Source: a virus
IMG/VR virus record: IMGVR_UViG_3300017991_000064
Location: 42,875 to 106,874 of that record
DNA: 64,000 nt
Direction: 5' to 3' (one strand)
A program made the translations under genes and the position numbers. The notes beneath the pieces are model-generated. The model ran no database searches. It saw only the letters and a list, made by a program, of their open reading frames with translations, and had not been told where the DNA came from. Shown here piece after piece: positions 27,247-37,379 of the stretch (position 1 is its first letter; every line of letters begins with the position of its first letter).

Positions 27247-27259
27247 ATTGATCGATCTC

Positions 27260-27601
27260 TTAGGTTAGTTGAACTTTTCTTTGATCACCGGAAGCCAGCC
27301 TGGTGACCAACCAGAGAGCATCGGCCCCTGAAGTATCATACCACAGGACGGATTGTCCATCAACAGCAAGAGTGGGTTCAGCAGCAGCAGACACGAGAGG
27401 AGGAACCATAGCAGCGCTACCTTTAAGATTCACCCTCAGAGCATGGTTACCCTCATCATGAGCCAACCTCAGAAATTCATCGAGGTTGGTAGATTCACCG
27501 ATAGCATCCACCGATGCAGCAGCACCATCAGCTACCACGTTAATCGCACCCTTGGTCTGATCGAACACATCCAGTAAGATCGAGTCAGCAGTTCTTCCCA
27601 T
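27260..27601 (-). CDS. small virion-associated protein (paralogue of 26726-27148)
   Basis: IGESTNLDEFL...DE...LR motif; strong AGGAGGT SD. Confidence 0.5.
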   Translation of the reverse strand: MGRTADSILLDVFDQTKGAINVVADGAAASVDAIGESTNLDEFLRLAHDEGNHALRVNLKGSAAMVPPLVSAAAEPTLAVDGQSVLWYDTSGADALWLVTRLASGDQRKVQLT

Positions 27602-27607
27602 TTTCTT

Positions 27608-27739
27608 TTACCTCCTGTTTTGATCATTAAAATGATCTTTAATTATTAGATATAATAGTGACAATACCAACATCACCCATGCTGATGTTAAAGGTGTATT
27701 AAAACTTACCTGAATAAGATGAAAGAGGAAAGTAAGCAT
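27608..27739 (-). CDS. possible 43 aa hydrophobic membrane peptide (not in ORF track)
   Basis: Manual translation MLTFLFHLIQVSFNTPLTSAWVMLVLSLLYLIIKDHFNDQNRR*; fills the intergenic gap; weak AAGGA SD. Confidence 0.35.
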   Translation of the reverse strand: MLTFLFHLIQVSFNTPLTSAWVMLVLSLLYLIIKDHFNDQNRR

Positions 27740-27783
27740 TAGATGAAAGTATCCTTAGATTCCACCCATGTTTACAAATGTCT

Positions 27784-30700
27784 CTAGATATTGTCTTCAA
27801 TTTTCTTTAGTTTCAGAGGATAAATGTTATTGTTCTCCTTATCCAAGAAGAGAATCTGAAGACCTAACTCAGTAGTTTTCACTACCTTCATGTATCCATT
27901 TGCTACATCCGTAAGGTCAGTCCCGGAGATGATCTGGATAGACATAATGGTGCCATCCGGATTAGTTATCCAAAGTTGTACGTTACCTGTAACACCGTCA
28001 TTCACCAAGATGAAAATTCTACCATCAGCAACAGTTCCCCCAATAATGTTTGCTTTTATAGCAGTTATGGTAGAATTCAATTCTCCGCGATCACTAAATA
28101 CCATGAAGTCAAACACATGTGCAGATGCTACATCGAAGTGTAATTGTCTACTCTTATTCTCAAGACCTAAGTACCAGGTAGCAAATTCTGTACTCGGACT
28201 GGTACCACTATGTATAATGGCTACCTTAGCCACCGAAAGATCCCTAAGAGCAAGTCTAAGGCCGACCACTCTATAAAGATTAGCTGGAGTGGTGTCTGTA
28301 GAGTAGTTAGCACTTATGAACCTAACAAGAGAGTCTCCAACCAACCTATTCATAACATTCAGACTGTTACCCGTAACATCACCACCTGTAAGGTCATAAG
28401 AATCTATTAGATACTCTAAGGAATCTACAGACGCTAAAGCAACAGTGGTCTTGAAGGAAAAGTCATATAAGTAAACCATCCAATGATCTACCCCAATAGC
28501 TTCAGCATTCAAACTGACCCAGCTAAAGATCAAATTACCCTCTTGGCTCATTACCTTCAAACCATCAACCGAACCACTTGTAGCTACACCATTCCACCAG
28601 GTTACCGTCTTCACAATTGATTGAGACAATGAGAGGGTTCCCATATCTACAGCCAGGGCTCTCATTTTATAATCTGTCCCAGTTAAACCCCCCATTAAGA
28701 GGTACATATTATTAGCTACGAAGATAGCATCACTAAGTTCCACATTTGATAATGCCTCAATAACAAATGATTCGGTCGATGATAAGGTTCCTGAATCAAT
28801 GTCAATAATATGAGCATAGAGAGTATTGGTATCGAATTTGAAGAGGATCACATAGTTCTGATACCAACCATACTTGTCAGATATATTTGTATCCCCCGTA
28901 TCTATATCATCAACCAGTGACATATCCTTATCATACAGATAAAGATGCCCATTAGCCTTATTTAGAACCATGATATACTCTGGGTGGTCTAAGAATCTGA
29001 TATCAGTACCTGCAAAGGATACAGCAGACCCCAATATGGGATAATATTGTCCATTACAGATGTCCATTGTTGATTTCAAAGGTTCATCGATATATTTCAT
29101 CCTACCCAATAGAGTATCTGAAGTAACTACTCCTAGATGACCTATGCTTGGTACCATGAGTAGAGTATCATCCACTAAGCTACCAGAGGGAGATTCTGAC
29201 TTTACATAGTCAAGTTGATTAACCAAGACATCATATTGAGCATGACTATGTAAAGCATCAGCAGAACTACCACCAACAAGAGTAGCAAACTGTGTTCTCT
29301 GGATAGCCGTCAATTCCCACCGCTTTAGGAAAGATGGTGTTGTTTGTACTATGTATAGATCCCAGTCATCAACTGAAGCAGAGCCCATCATTGACAGAAC
29401 CAGGACTGGTACATCATCCAAAGCTTCGAATACCCAACCGCTAGCAGTATCGGTAGCAATCTGTTGTGGATAACTTGCCCAGGCACCAGTGGGAGAATCA
29501 AGGATCAAATATCTTTTATCATCCCCGGCAGGTGTAGGTGGAGTATTTGAAGCATCGTAAACTGGAAGAATCATTGGCATCTTGAGGAATGACTCAAGGT
29601 TCTTAGCGAAGTAGCCAGTAGAAGACTTAAACACCCAGTAACGATAGTTCTCTTGTTTAGTACTATCCATCTTTGATAGAACCAGAACAGGAACAGTATA
29701 CTGCTGGAACTGCCAACCTCCTGCGCCATCAATAGCAATCTCGCAAGGATGACCATTCCAATCTCCAGTAGGATTATCCAGAGTAAGATATCTTTTGTTA
29801 TCTGCTGCTGATACTGGAGGTGTATTTGAAGCGTCCTCAACAGCTTCTACAGTAGCAGGATTATCGCCAATGGCTGCTATGATTGCAGCATATTCCGCCG
29901 CTGTAATCTTTTTGTATGCAGATCCCTGTTGAACCTCATCCATCGTGACCAGTTCAGATACCTTCTGAGTATAACCTGATGGATTAGATTTGAAGATGTA
30001 GAATCTCCAATTTGTTTTGGTTGCTGTATTCTCTTTTGACAGAACCAGTGTATCATCTGTAAAGTCAAAGAATTCCCATCCACCAACAGCATCCTTTGCT
30101 ACCTGGTAAGCATGACCATTCCAATCTCCAGTAGGAGAATCAGAGCAGAGATAAAGTTTATTATCCTGGGCGGCAGCCGGGGGTGTATTAGAGATGTACT
30201 CCACTGGAGAGATACAAGGAACCTTCAATCCAAGATAGGTAGTAAGGTTCTTGTAAACTGTACCACTTATATGCCCATAGGTGGCACTATCTGAATCCAC
30301 CTCAATTGAAAGAGTGTCATTGTGCACCATCGTGGATCCAGCATTGAAGATTCCTGTCGCAGTCTGTACAGCCTTCATCTTTGGAGCGGGAGTTGGTTGA
30401 TCAGCATCCAGGTCCAGGAAGAAGGTAGCATGATCAAAGGAGTAGAAGGTCCAGGTAGAACTCCCATCGGATACAGCCAGTTCGTAATTGTGATTTAGAA
30501 ATGCTCCTGTGCCAGCACTTCCTACCATTATCCTTAATCCTGCAGCATGAGCTGGCGGTGTATTGGTAACATATGAAACCGGGAATACCATGGGGCCCAT
30601 GTTTCCAACGGCCTCAACTACACCACTATAGCGATCGATATCAGGTACGCTGTCAACCGACAATGGGCCGGTACTGATTGATGCCAGAATGATATCTGTT

Positions 30701-31041
30701 GCTACCAGTTCTCCGGATGTTACGGATAGAATGTCCATCCATTCATTGACCTGCGGTTTCCATTCAAACCGTGCTATAATGTATTCATCACCTGGGTCCG
30801 ATGTTACATCGTAGTTCAATGTGGTACTGATATTGATGAGCCCGGGATCCCCCGCCTTATCAAGTATAGCCACCTTGAAAGGAGGAACTCTTACATCAGA
30901 TCCACTCACAAAGGGAATTCCATCCCTTCCCAGAATCCCAGCATTTAGAACATGTTCGAATACATACTTGAGTACGTCACCTTTGTACTCAGATCCGTAT
31001 TTACCAAAAACTTTCTGACCAGCGATATTAGTAGCACCCAT
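27784..31041 (-). CDS. baseplate-attached tail fibre / receptor-binding protein with four DUF2793-like repeats
   Basis: Four copies of TPP...(R/L)Y(L)...PTG.W.GH..(Q/E)(I/V)A....GW.F and a beta-rich C-terminal region; follows the baseplate genes. Confidence 0.7.
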   Translation of the reverse strand: MGATNIAGQKVFGKYGSEYKGDVLKYVFEHVLNAGILGRDGIPFVSGSDVRVPPFKVAILDKAGDPGLINISTTLNYDVTSDPGDEYIIARFEWKPQVNEWMDILSVTSGELVATDIILASISTGPLSVDSVPDIDRYSGVVEAVGNMGPMVFPVSYVTNTPPAHAAGLRIMVGSAGTGAFLNHNYELAVSDGSSTWTFYSFDHATFFLDLDADQPTPAPKMKAVQTATGIFNAGSTMVHNDTLSIEVDSDSATYGHISGTVYKNLTTYLGLKVPCISPVEYISNTPPAAAQDNKLYLCSDSPTGDWNGHAYQVAKDAVGGWEFFDFTDDTLVLSKENTATKTNWRFYIFKSNPSGYTQKVSELVTMDEVQQGSAYKKITAAEYAAIIAAIGDNPATVEAVEDASNTPPVSAADNKRYLTLDNPTGDWNGHPCEIAIDGAGGWQFQQYTVPVLVLSKMDSTKQENYRYWVFKSSTGYFAKNLESFLKMPMILPVYDASNTPPTPAGDDKRYLILDSPTGAWASYPQQIATDTASGWVFEALDDVPVLVLSMMGSASVDDWDLYIVQTTPSFLKRWELTAIQRTQFATLVGGSSADALHSHAQYDVLVNQLDYVKSESPSGSLVDDTLLMVPSIGHLGVVTSDTLLGRMKYIDEPLKSTMDICNGQYYPILGSAVSFAGTDIRFLDHPEYIMVLNKANGHLYLYDKDMSLVDDIDTGDTNISDKYGWYQNYVILFKFDTNTLYAHIIDIDSGTLSSTESFVIEALSNVELSDAIFVANNMYLLMGGLTGTDYKMRALAVDMGTLSLSQSIVKTVTWWNGVATSGSVDGLKVMSQEGNLIFSWVSLNAEAIGVDHWMVYLYDFSFKTTVALASVDSLEYLIDSYDLTGGDVTGNSLNVMNRLVGDSLVRFISANYSTDTTPANLYRVVGLRLALRDLSVAKVAIIHSGTSPSTEFATWYLGLENKSRQLHFDVASAHVFDFMVFSDRGELNSTITAIKANIIGGTVADGRIFILVNDGVTGNVQLWITNPDGTIMSIQIISGTDLTDVANGYMKVVKTTELGLQILFLDKENNNIYPLKLKKIEDNI

Positions 31042-31066
31042 TTCCTATGCCTCCTTTATGTTCTTA

Positions 31067-31441
31067 TCAGAAATTGATCAGAAGTTGTATCCAGCCTTCA
31101 TTTGAATCTGTTTTAGCTATTGGATCAAAAACTCCATAACAAAACAAAATCCCGGTATCAGTGAATACACCGATCTCACTGATGGTGGAAGGATCTGGAA
31201 GTCCTGATATCTGTGGCAGATGACAGTAGAAACGAAGTACATTGAATGCGGGTTTCGTTAAAGTTAGATCTGTCTGATCCACAGCAATTGGGGTATTTAA
31301 TGCCGATTGTGTTTCATCTGGAACATAATTGAAACCACCAGTACCAACCAGGAACTTTGGGAAGTCCCAAGCCGAACCAGCAATCGCCTTATCCACCAGA
31401 TATTCACGACCATCATTGGTCCATACAGCTAAAACATCCAT
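31067..31441 (-). CDS. stand-alone tail-collar/fibre attachment domain (DUF3751-like)
   Basis: WTNDGREYL..AIAG...VGTGG...ISEIGVFTD.G.LF.YG pattern. Confidence 0.65.
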   Translation of the reverse strand: MDVLAVWTNDGREYLVDKAIAGSAWDFPKFLVGTGGFNYVPDETQSALNTPIAVDQTDLTLTKPAFNVLRFYCHLPQISGLPDPSTISEIGVFTDTGILFCYGVFDPIAKTDSNEGWIQLLINF

Positions 31442-31460
31442 CTTCTTTTGCCTCCTGTAA

Positions 31461-32330
31461 TTATGTGAATGTCACTTCAATACCAACTCTTGTGGTACTT
31501 TGTTTGTCTGATTGGAAGCCCTGTACAGTATCTGTATGTACCCCCATATCAGCATAAAGAAATTGAGTAACCTGATCATACTCTAAGGTATATGTAAAAT
31601 CAGTGTTAGTAAAGCTCACTGATATTTCAGCGTAGGGAATGTCTGTATTTTCCCACTCTAACGGATCCTCATTTAATCTCTGTTCATTCTGCCACTTCCA
31701 ATGAATCCAAAGATACTGTAACCATTGAACAAAGATAGAAGCTGTAACGTTTGCCTGGTATGGTGGAATCACTACACCCCAGTAAGCCCCAGATATAACA
31801 TTCTTTGTAAAGGGATAGTAATAGTAGTCAATGAACTCTTTCAACCTAGCAAAGTCATCTGCCCAGTCATATTCATCCTTCGTAGATGTGGGATCAAAAA
31901 TGGGAATGACCAAGTAATCATTGGTTTCAATCGGATACAGGATAGGATTAATACCATAATTTCCAGCACCGTCTGTACGAAGTCTAATAACAAAAACACC
32001 TAGATGATACTCAAACAATTTGAAGATCTCGGTAAGAACTTTAGTTTTCGTCCCAATCAATCCATCCAATCTATAAAAACTTCCTGCTAGTCTTAACTTA
32101 TCATCAGTAGTAAGTTTAAGAGTGTAAGGTAATGCTCTCTCTTTATAGTACTGAATGAAGATTAGTTCTGCTAAGCGTTCCCGATAGAAGGTTGTATCTG
32201 GGGAAATGTTCTCAAAGAAATTTTGTATCTCCTCCGTAGCAAGAACCTCTTCCAACCCCTCGAACAATTGATACACAGAAGGATTGCGTTTGAGGTATTC
32301 TGGTATCAAATGTATTAGTTTCAAGTTCAT
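31461..32330 (-). CDS. baseplate wedge subunit (P2 gpI / T4 gp7-like position)
   Basis: Synteny after the gp6/J-like gene; LIPEY and Y.L.G..GT patterns. Confidence 0.55.
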   Translation of the reverse strand: MNLKLIHLIPEYLKRNPSVYQLFEGLEEVLATEEIQNFFENISPDTTFYRERLAELIFIQYYKERALPYTLKLTTDDKLRLAGSFYRLDGLIGTKTKVLTEIFKLFEYHLGVFVIRLRTDGAGNYGINPILYPIETNDYLVIPIFDPTSTKDEYDWADDFARLKEFIDYYYYPFTKNVISGAYWGVVIPPYQANVTASIFVQWLQYLWIHWKWQNEQRLNEDPLEWENTDIPYAEISVSFTNTDFTYTLEYDQVTQFLYADMGVHTDTVQGFQSDKQSTTRVGIEVTFT

Positions 32331-32342
32331 TGAGTTACTCCC

Positions 32343-34523
32343 TTAGTCATTCACGAAGTTTACAATACCGGTAGTAAGGACAGATGATCCCTTCATGTAC
32401 TCTCTATTGTTAAGAATTAAAGAATAATTGTCACATACTGGAAGAACATAAATTCGTGAGGTAGACCCTAAGAATGACAGCGTAAAACTAATCACCCCAT
32501 TTGGTTTATCTATCGTATATGAGATAGATACATAAGCATCCTGATACGTCCCCGAGGCGTCAGATAGCTCCACCTGATGATAACCAAGAGCAGGAAAAAC
32601 GAGAGTAAACTTCTTCAAATTTCTACTAATGGTATCACTAAAAGCTACCGTTGGAGCATAAGTTTCATTCGTTGATATCATAAAACGGAAGGTACCATTG
32701 AGAGTAATAATCTCCTCAACCTCCGTTGCAATCTGAGACTTGAGAGTATCGAGTGTTAGGGTCTGATCAAAGAAGTAATTCAGATTCTCAAGAGCAGCAT
32801 TGAAAAGATCACTAATGTCTCCACTTGAAGTATGATAAACATTTCCTATGTAGCACAATCCTAATTCACGGGGAGCCAGGATGGTATAGTCTACGAAGGA
32901 ATTATCTACAAAGAACTCATTCACAGCATCAATCACTGCTTGAGTGTAGGGATAGAATGTTACCTTAATAACATCACTCTCCTCATAGGCATTAGACTCA
33001 TAAACCTCTGGGATGTTCTGAAGATGGTACCTGAAATCATTCCTGGTAACCAAAGCATTATTCTCAACCTTCTTATCTCTCATATAGTTCCTAAGGAGAT
33101 CAACAGTGGAAAGATTCGGTTGAAAGATTTTTCTTTCAAACCCAATATTGATAGTTCCGAAGGTAACATCAGCATCATCAGTAAGAAGTTTGAGTAGCAT
33201 ATATGAAGAGTCTGTAGCTCCAGTTTGAGAGTTACAAAGATTCGTAAAATCAACATCACCAGCATCGTAAACCGTACCTGGGGCCGGAAGATCATTCAAC
33301 TTCATTCGAAAGGTGAAAGGTAGGTTAACGGGGGAGATATTCGGTTGAAGGTTAAATGACCATAATGTATCAGACAAACGAGTAATATCAGATGATATGA
33401 TTTCGAAGTCAGACGCCTGTAGAAGTTTAATGTTACCGGTAGGAATGTAGGTAGCCTGGCCTGTGATGCTATTCAAAGTGATGGTTCCAGCATTAAGAAT
33501 CTCAGTAATAAACTCTAGGGGAAGTTCAGTAGAAGACAGGTCTGTATCATCCAGAAGAACCTTAAAATCCTCAGTATTCAGAAGACCCGAGAATTCAACA
33601 GAGTTTAGTATCGAGAGTTCCATTGTGTCATTCACATTGAAACCCTCAAATACAATCATTACTTGTTCTTCATCGCCATTGTATGAAAGAAAAGTTTTTG
33701 TGGAATCGGTAGATTGATATTGATTAGCATACAACTCAAACTCAGTACTATCACTGACTCTTCTGATGTAGTAAACTTTGTTCAGATTACTGAAGAGTTG
33801 ATTGAAGTTAGTAGATGTGAGGACAACACTTTGAAGTGTCTGGAGTAGAGTCCGAAAGACATGATTAGAAACAATGTCGTACTGCGTGGAAGCTGTAGTT
33901 GAGCCACTTTCCCAATTGGTCACAGACATTGAAATTAGTGGAGCAGCAAACCCCAGGATCCTAGTGATAGTGATCCCTACATTCATTGTAAGGGGTACCT
34001 GAAAAACAGCAGGGTCGTTGTTAGCAGAATACAACTTCTTCGTTGGATAGAACTTGAAGTAACCTTCTACTTTTCCATCATCAGTGAACTTATGCCTTAG
34101 TCTAATTACCCCACTTAGAGTCAAGGTAAGATTCACTTCCCATGAAGCATTGTAGTCTGGATCAGTATTAGGATTCTCAGAAAAGGTGTAGTCTGTAGCA
34201 CCAGTCAGTTCATAGCCGCCCCAGAGTACCCTATTGATGGTAAACTGTCTTGCATTGAATTGAAGGAACTTCTCAAAATTGAAACCATGCCGTTGAAGAA
34301 AATTCACCAGGGTATCGAACCTTCGTGCTGATTCCTCAAAGGTCTCCTCATATGTTCTGTTAGCAAAGTAGTTTACTCTCCCGGCTATCTCACATAGGAG
34401 CTTGGAGATTACTTGCCCTGCTTCTGATTCTATCTCTCGTGACCAGTATCCCTGGTCCGACATATACTGAAAAAATTCAGACCATAATGTTTCTGGATCT
34501 GTTGTAATGAAACGCTCACTCAC
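32343..34523 (-). CDS. baseplate wedge protein (T4 gp6 / P2 gpJ-like)
   Basis: N-terminal NY..NR...ETF.ESA and the ALVTRNDFR motif; follows the gp25-like gene. Confidence 0.75.
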   Translation of the reverse strand: MSERFITTDPETLWSEFFQYMSDQGYWSREIESEAGQVISKLLCEIAGRVNYFANRTYEETFEESARRFDTLVNFLQRHGFNFEKFLQFNARQFTINRVLWGGYELTGATDYTFSENPNTDPDYNASWEVNLTLTLSGVIRLRHKFTDDGKVEGYFKFYPTKKLYSANNDPAVFQVPLTMNVGITITRILGFAAPLISMSVTNWESGSTTASTQYDIVSNHVFRTLLQTLQSVVLTSTNFNQLFSNLNKVYYIRRVSDSTEFELYANQYQSTDSTKTFLSYNGDEEQVMIVFEGFNVNDTMELSILNSVEFSGLLNTEDFKVLLDDTDLSSTELPLEFITEILNAGTITLNSITGQATYIPTGNIKLLQASDFEIISSDITRLSDTLWSFNLQPNISPVNLPFTFRMKLNDLPAPGTVYDAGDVDFTNLCNSQTGATDSSYMLLKLLTDDADVTFGTINIGFERKIFQPNLSTVDLLRNYMRDKKVENNALVTRNDFRYHLQNIPEVYESNAYEESDVIKVTFYPYTQAVIDAVNEFFVDNSFVDYTILAPRELGLCYIGNVYHTSSGDISDLFNAALENLNYFFDQTLTLDTLKSQIATEVEEIITLNGTFRFMISTNETYAPTVAFSDTISRNLKKFTLVFPALGYHQVELSDASGTYQDAYVSISYTIDKPNGVISFTLSFLGSTSRIYVLPVCDNYSLILNNREYMKGSSVLTTGIVNFVND

Positions 34524-34538
34524 CTTATGCCTCCTACG

Positions 34539-34880
34539 TTAAAATCCTGGAATGACCATTTCTAATGTGAGTTGATTCCCCTTGAAGGATGTCATATTAA
34601 TAGTAAGCTTATAACTATTAGCATCCAACCTATCCAGGAAGATCGTATCCACTGCCACCCTTGGTTCGTATTTCTCTATTGTCTGCCTTATTAAGGGTTC
34701 TAGCCCCCTAGTAAAACTAACCTCATTCTTAAATAGTAGGGACCTAAGATTCATAAAACCTTGAATCCCTAAGGCCTCTTTGTCGCTTACTCTCAAAATC
34801 ATCTTCACCGATTCAAGAATTGCCTCATCCTCATTGGTAGTAAAAGTAAACGTCTTCAAAAGTAGAGCATAATCAGCCAT
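34539..34880 (-). CDS. baseplate wedge / sheath initiator (T4 gp25 / P2 gpW-like)
   Basis: AILESVKMIL...LLF...IEKYEPRVAV motif. Confidence 0.85.
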   Translation of the reverse strand: MADYALLLKTFTFTTNEDEAILESVKMILRVSDKEALGIQGFMNLRSLLFKNEVSFTRGLEPLIRQTIEKYEPRVAVDTIFLDRLDANSYKLTINMTSFKGNQLTLEMVIPGF

Positions 34881-34905
34881 ATCAATTCTCTCCTCAATGA
34901 TCGTC

Positions 34906-34977
34906 GATTTTTAAGTTAAGGATTTCCACTGCTAGGATAAACAAATTAAACCTACCCACCAAATTTTCATCCTAGCA
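34906..34977 (-). repeat. dispersed ~75 bp intergenic element, copy 3
   Basis: The reverse complement reads TGCTAGGATGAAAATTTGGT...AATTTGTTTA...CAGTGGAAATCCTTAACTTAAA. Confidence 0.85.
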
Positions 34978-34983
34978 TAGGGA

Positions 34984-36207
34984 TTATTTCGTCTCAATTT
35001 CCTTACCATTATATTTTGCTTTCCCGGCGGTAAGTAGATTTATGTCACCACCACAAAGTATTCTTACGCTAGATGCGGCATCTAACTGAATCTCACCAGC
35101 GGTTTCTATCTTTACTTCATCAGTTGCAGAGATTCTAATCTTGTTCGTTGCCTCTATAACAGTTTCATCATCAGATGCCACAAGGACCTTCTCTCCACCA
35201 AATGCTGCAGCTCCCTCTCCTGCCGCCGCCGCTACATGAATTTCATCACCACCAAATTGGCCGGTGGGATCCAGATTTTCATGTGAGATCCCGATAAAAT
35301 GAGAATCTAGTGGGCCAGAACCAAAGAAACATCGTGCCGTAACACCCAAAGGAGAAATTTCAACCTCATACCGCTTATCAGGATCGGTGTCATCGTAAGG
35401 AATAGTAATCTTTATCTTACTATCTTCACCCACTAACGAAAACCCTAGAGCACCCTGGATGATTGTGATAAGTGAAACCTTAAAGTAAGTATACCAATAC
35501 TTTGGGGAGAGGAGAGAGAGAAAACCAGTTTCAGTCTCATCAGGATTAGTATCCTTAGGTTTCTCTGCTCTCCCAATCCTTAACCAGGGAAAAAACGGTG
35601 TAACTGGATCACTATCACTTCCAACCTCAGTTTCATCCTTGTAACTAGTAAATGATGTTATAGGTTGTTCTTTATTGAAGAAGGTCTTTTGTCTACCTTC
35701 ATCAGCAATCTTTTCGTAGTTGTCCTTGAAGTAATCTTCGTCTAGGTCAAGTTGTTCCAGTGCAGCATTAATTGTATCTAGAGTTTCGGTATCAAAGATC
35801 TCTTCCAACACTTCGTAGATGTTATCATACTCACTAGGAACCTCTTCTTCTGTCTCTTCATCAATGTAAGCAGGGCGGATGTATCTATAAGGTAGGTAAA
35901 GGGGTTTGGAGATATCATCATTCTCAAAGAGAAGAATAACTCTATCACCAACCGCTGGAACCGTACCTTCAAGGATTTCACTCCCTAGTTTCCTATGAAT
36001 CAGAGAGACGGACCAGGGCAGTAGATCATATTTTAGTTTAGTCGTGGCAGCATCGTTGTCAACCATCCCTTCAAACATAAAGCAGTTGACCTTGACCTGA
36101 CTAGATAACAGATATTCATTCTCATCACGATCCTGAAGAACAACTTTACCCACAACCATTTGTTTCGTTAATCCAAAATTTTGAAAACCTCTTTGATTTA
36201 TGTTCAT
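34984..36207 (-). CDS. baseplate central spike (gp5 / gpV OB-fold with C-terminal beta-strand repeats)
   Basis: VPAVGDRVILLFENDDISKPLY OB-fold motif and C-terminal I.I.A repeats. Confidence 0.75.
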   Translation of the reverse strand: MNINQRGFQNFGLTKQMVVGKVVLQDRDENEYLLSSQVKVNCFMFEGMVDNDAATTKLKYDLLPWSVSLIHRKLGSEILEGTVPAVGDRVILLFENDDISKPLYLPYRYIRPAYIDEETEEEVPSEYDNIYEVLEEIFDTETLDTINAALEQLDLDEDYFKDNYEKIADEGRQKTFFNKEQPITSFTSYKDETEVGSDSDPVTPFFPWLRIGRAEKPKDTNPDETETGFLSLLSPKYWYTYFKVSLITIIQGALGFSLVGEDSKIKITIPYDDTDPDKRYEVEISPLGVTARCFFGSGPLDSHFIGISHENLDPTGQFGGDEIHVAAAAGEGAAAFGGEKVLVASDDETVIEATNKIRISATDEVKIETAGEIQLDAASSVRILCGGDINLLTAGKAKYNGKEIETK

Positions 36208-37376
36208 CGTGGATCTCTCTTCAAAACTACACCGTAGAGTTTAGTGTAGATACCTGAGTTTCTTTTCACAAAAAATAATTTCTGGAGAACAACATAGAGA
36301 CCAGATGCTCCTGTGTTTGATGTTATTTTGTAGAGATGTCCAACTTCTGGATCCCCGGATATGTATCCTTGTATAGTTGTGGTATATAAGTAATTTCGGA
36401 CAAACCTCCAAAATTCATGATTGTTAGCGTAGGTGTCAAGATAGAGTCGTTGTAAGTCATTTTTCCTTCCTATGTCAAAAGTTCGGATTGGTTCAATTCC
36501 ACCCTCAACAGCTTCAGCTCCCTCTTTCTCTGGGTCAAAGAGCTCTTCTGTTAGGTAGGGTACGAAATCTTGCCACTCTTCAGGTTTCAATGTTGTCCCT
36601 GTACTATCGGTCTCATTCTCTTCATCACGTGAATGGTAAGTATGGTATAAAGCATCCTTGTAAAATTGCCACTTGAGGTTGTTGTTAAGAATAGCATGAG
36701 TGTACTTGTATACATGAGATCGTGTCCTAACAACATCTTTCAAATTAGATGGTTTTACATCTTTTCCCTCGGCCGAATTGATCTTATCTATAAACGACAC
36801 TACCTTGCCTTCACCAGAAAGATTAATGTAAGCTACCATACCAGGAACATCATCCTCAGAGGTAGCAAAGTAAGTAAGGTTGCTCAAGAATTGCAATGCT
36901 GTTTCATATCCCTTATAAACAAAGAAGAAATCATCTTCTTCAACAAGTGGTTCTTCTCTTTCATATGAGAAGTTGTAATGATCATAAACTTCCTGAAGAG
37001 AGTTTACTTTGAAAGCTTTCGGCAACCTATCATTAATCAAACTAGCAGACTGAAGGTTGTGGCCAGCAAAATCTAGTACTCTCTCTTGATTCTCTTCTAA
37101 CCTAATACCCGACTGGGATAGCTTTGATGATATGAGAAATTCAGTTTCCACATGTTGATTCGGATCTGGTCCATTCCCAAATTTCAGAGTAATTGGATAC
37201 CATCCTTTAATACCAGTTGTTACCCCGAATCTATCAAAACCAGTGAATCTCAGTGTAGGAATTACTGAGAGAAACCCATATGAGAGTACGATGCTCTCAA
37301 AGTCTACATCCGTCATTGGTAGAGAGAGCTCATTAAATTTGATGTCAGCATAAAGACTATTGGTAAAAGCTGGCAT
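36204..37376 (-). CDS. baseplate hub protein (gp27 / gpD-like)
   Basis: Position between the LysM/gp53-like gene and the spike; ~390 aa with a terminal G.P..G...I...SGLYVV pattern. Confidence 0.6.
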   Translation of the reverse strand: MPAFTNSLYADIKFNELSLPMTDVDFESIVLSYGFLSVIPTLRFTGFDRFGVTTGIKGWYPITLKFGNGPDPNQHVETEFLISSKLSQSGIRLEENQERVLDFAGHNLQSASLINDRLPKAFKVNSLQEVYDHYNFSYEREEPLVEEDDFFFVYKGYETALQFLSNLTYFATSEDDVPGMVAYINLSGEGKVVSFIDKINSAEGKDVKPSNLKDVVRTRSHVYKYTHAILNNNLKWQFYKDALYHTYHSRDEENETDSTGTTLKPEEWQDFVPYLTEELFDPEKEGAEAVEGGIEPIRTFDIGRKNDLQRLYLDTYANNHEFWRFVRNYLYTTTIQGYISGDPEVGHLYKITSNTGASGLYVVLQKLFFVKRNSGIYTKLYGVVLKRDPR

Positions 37377-37379
37377 AGA

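Noticed and set aside
27750-27783. Additional copy of the dispersed element (ATTTGT...GTGGAATC on the minus strand)
   Set aside because: Block spacing is 3 nt shorter than in true copies and the TGCCAGGATGA block is missing.
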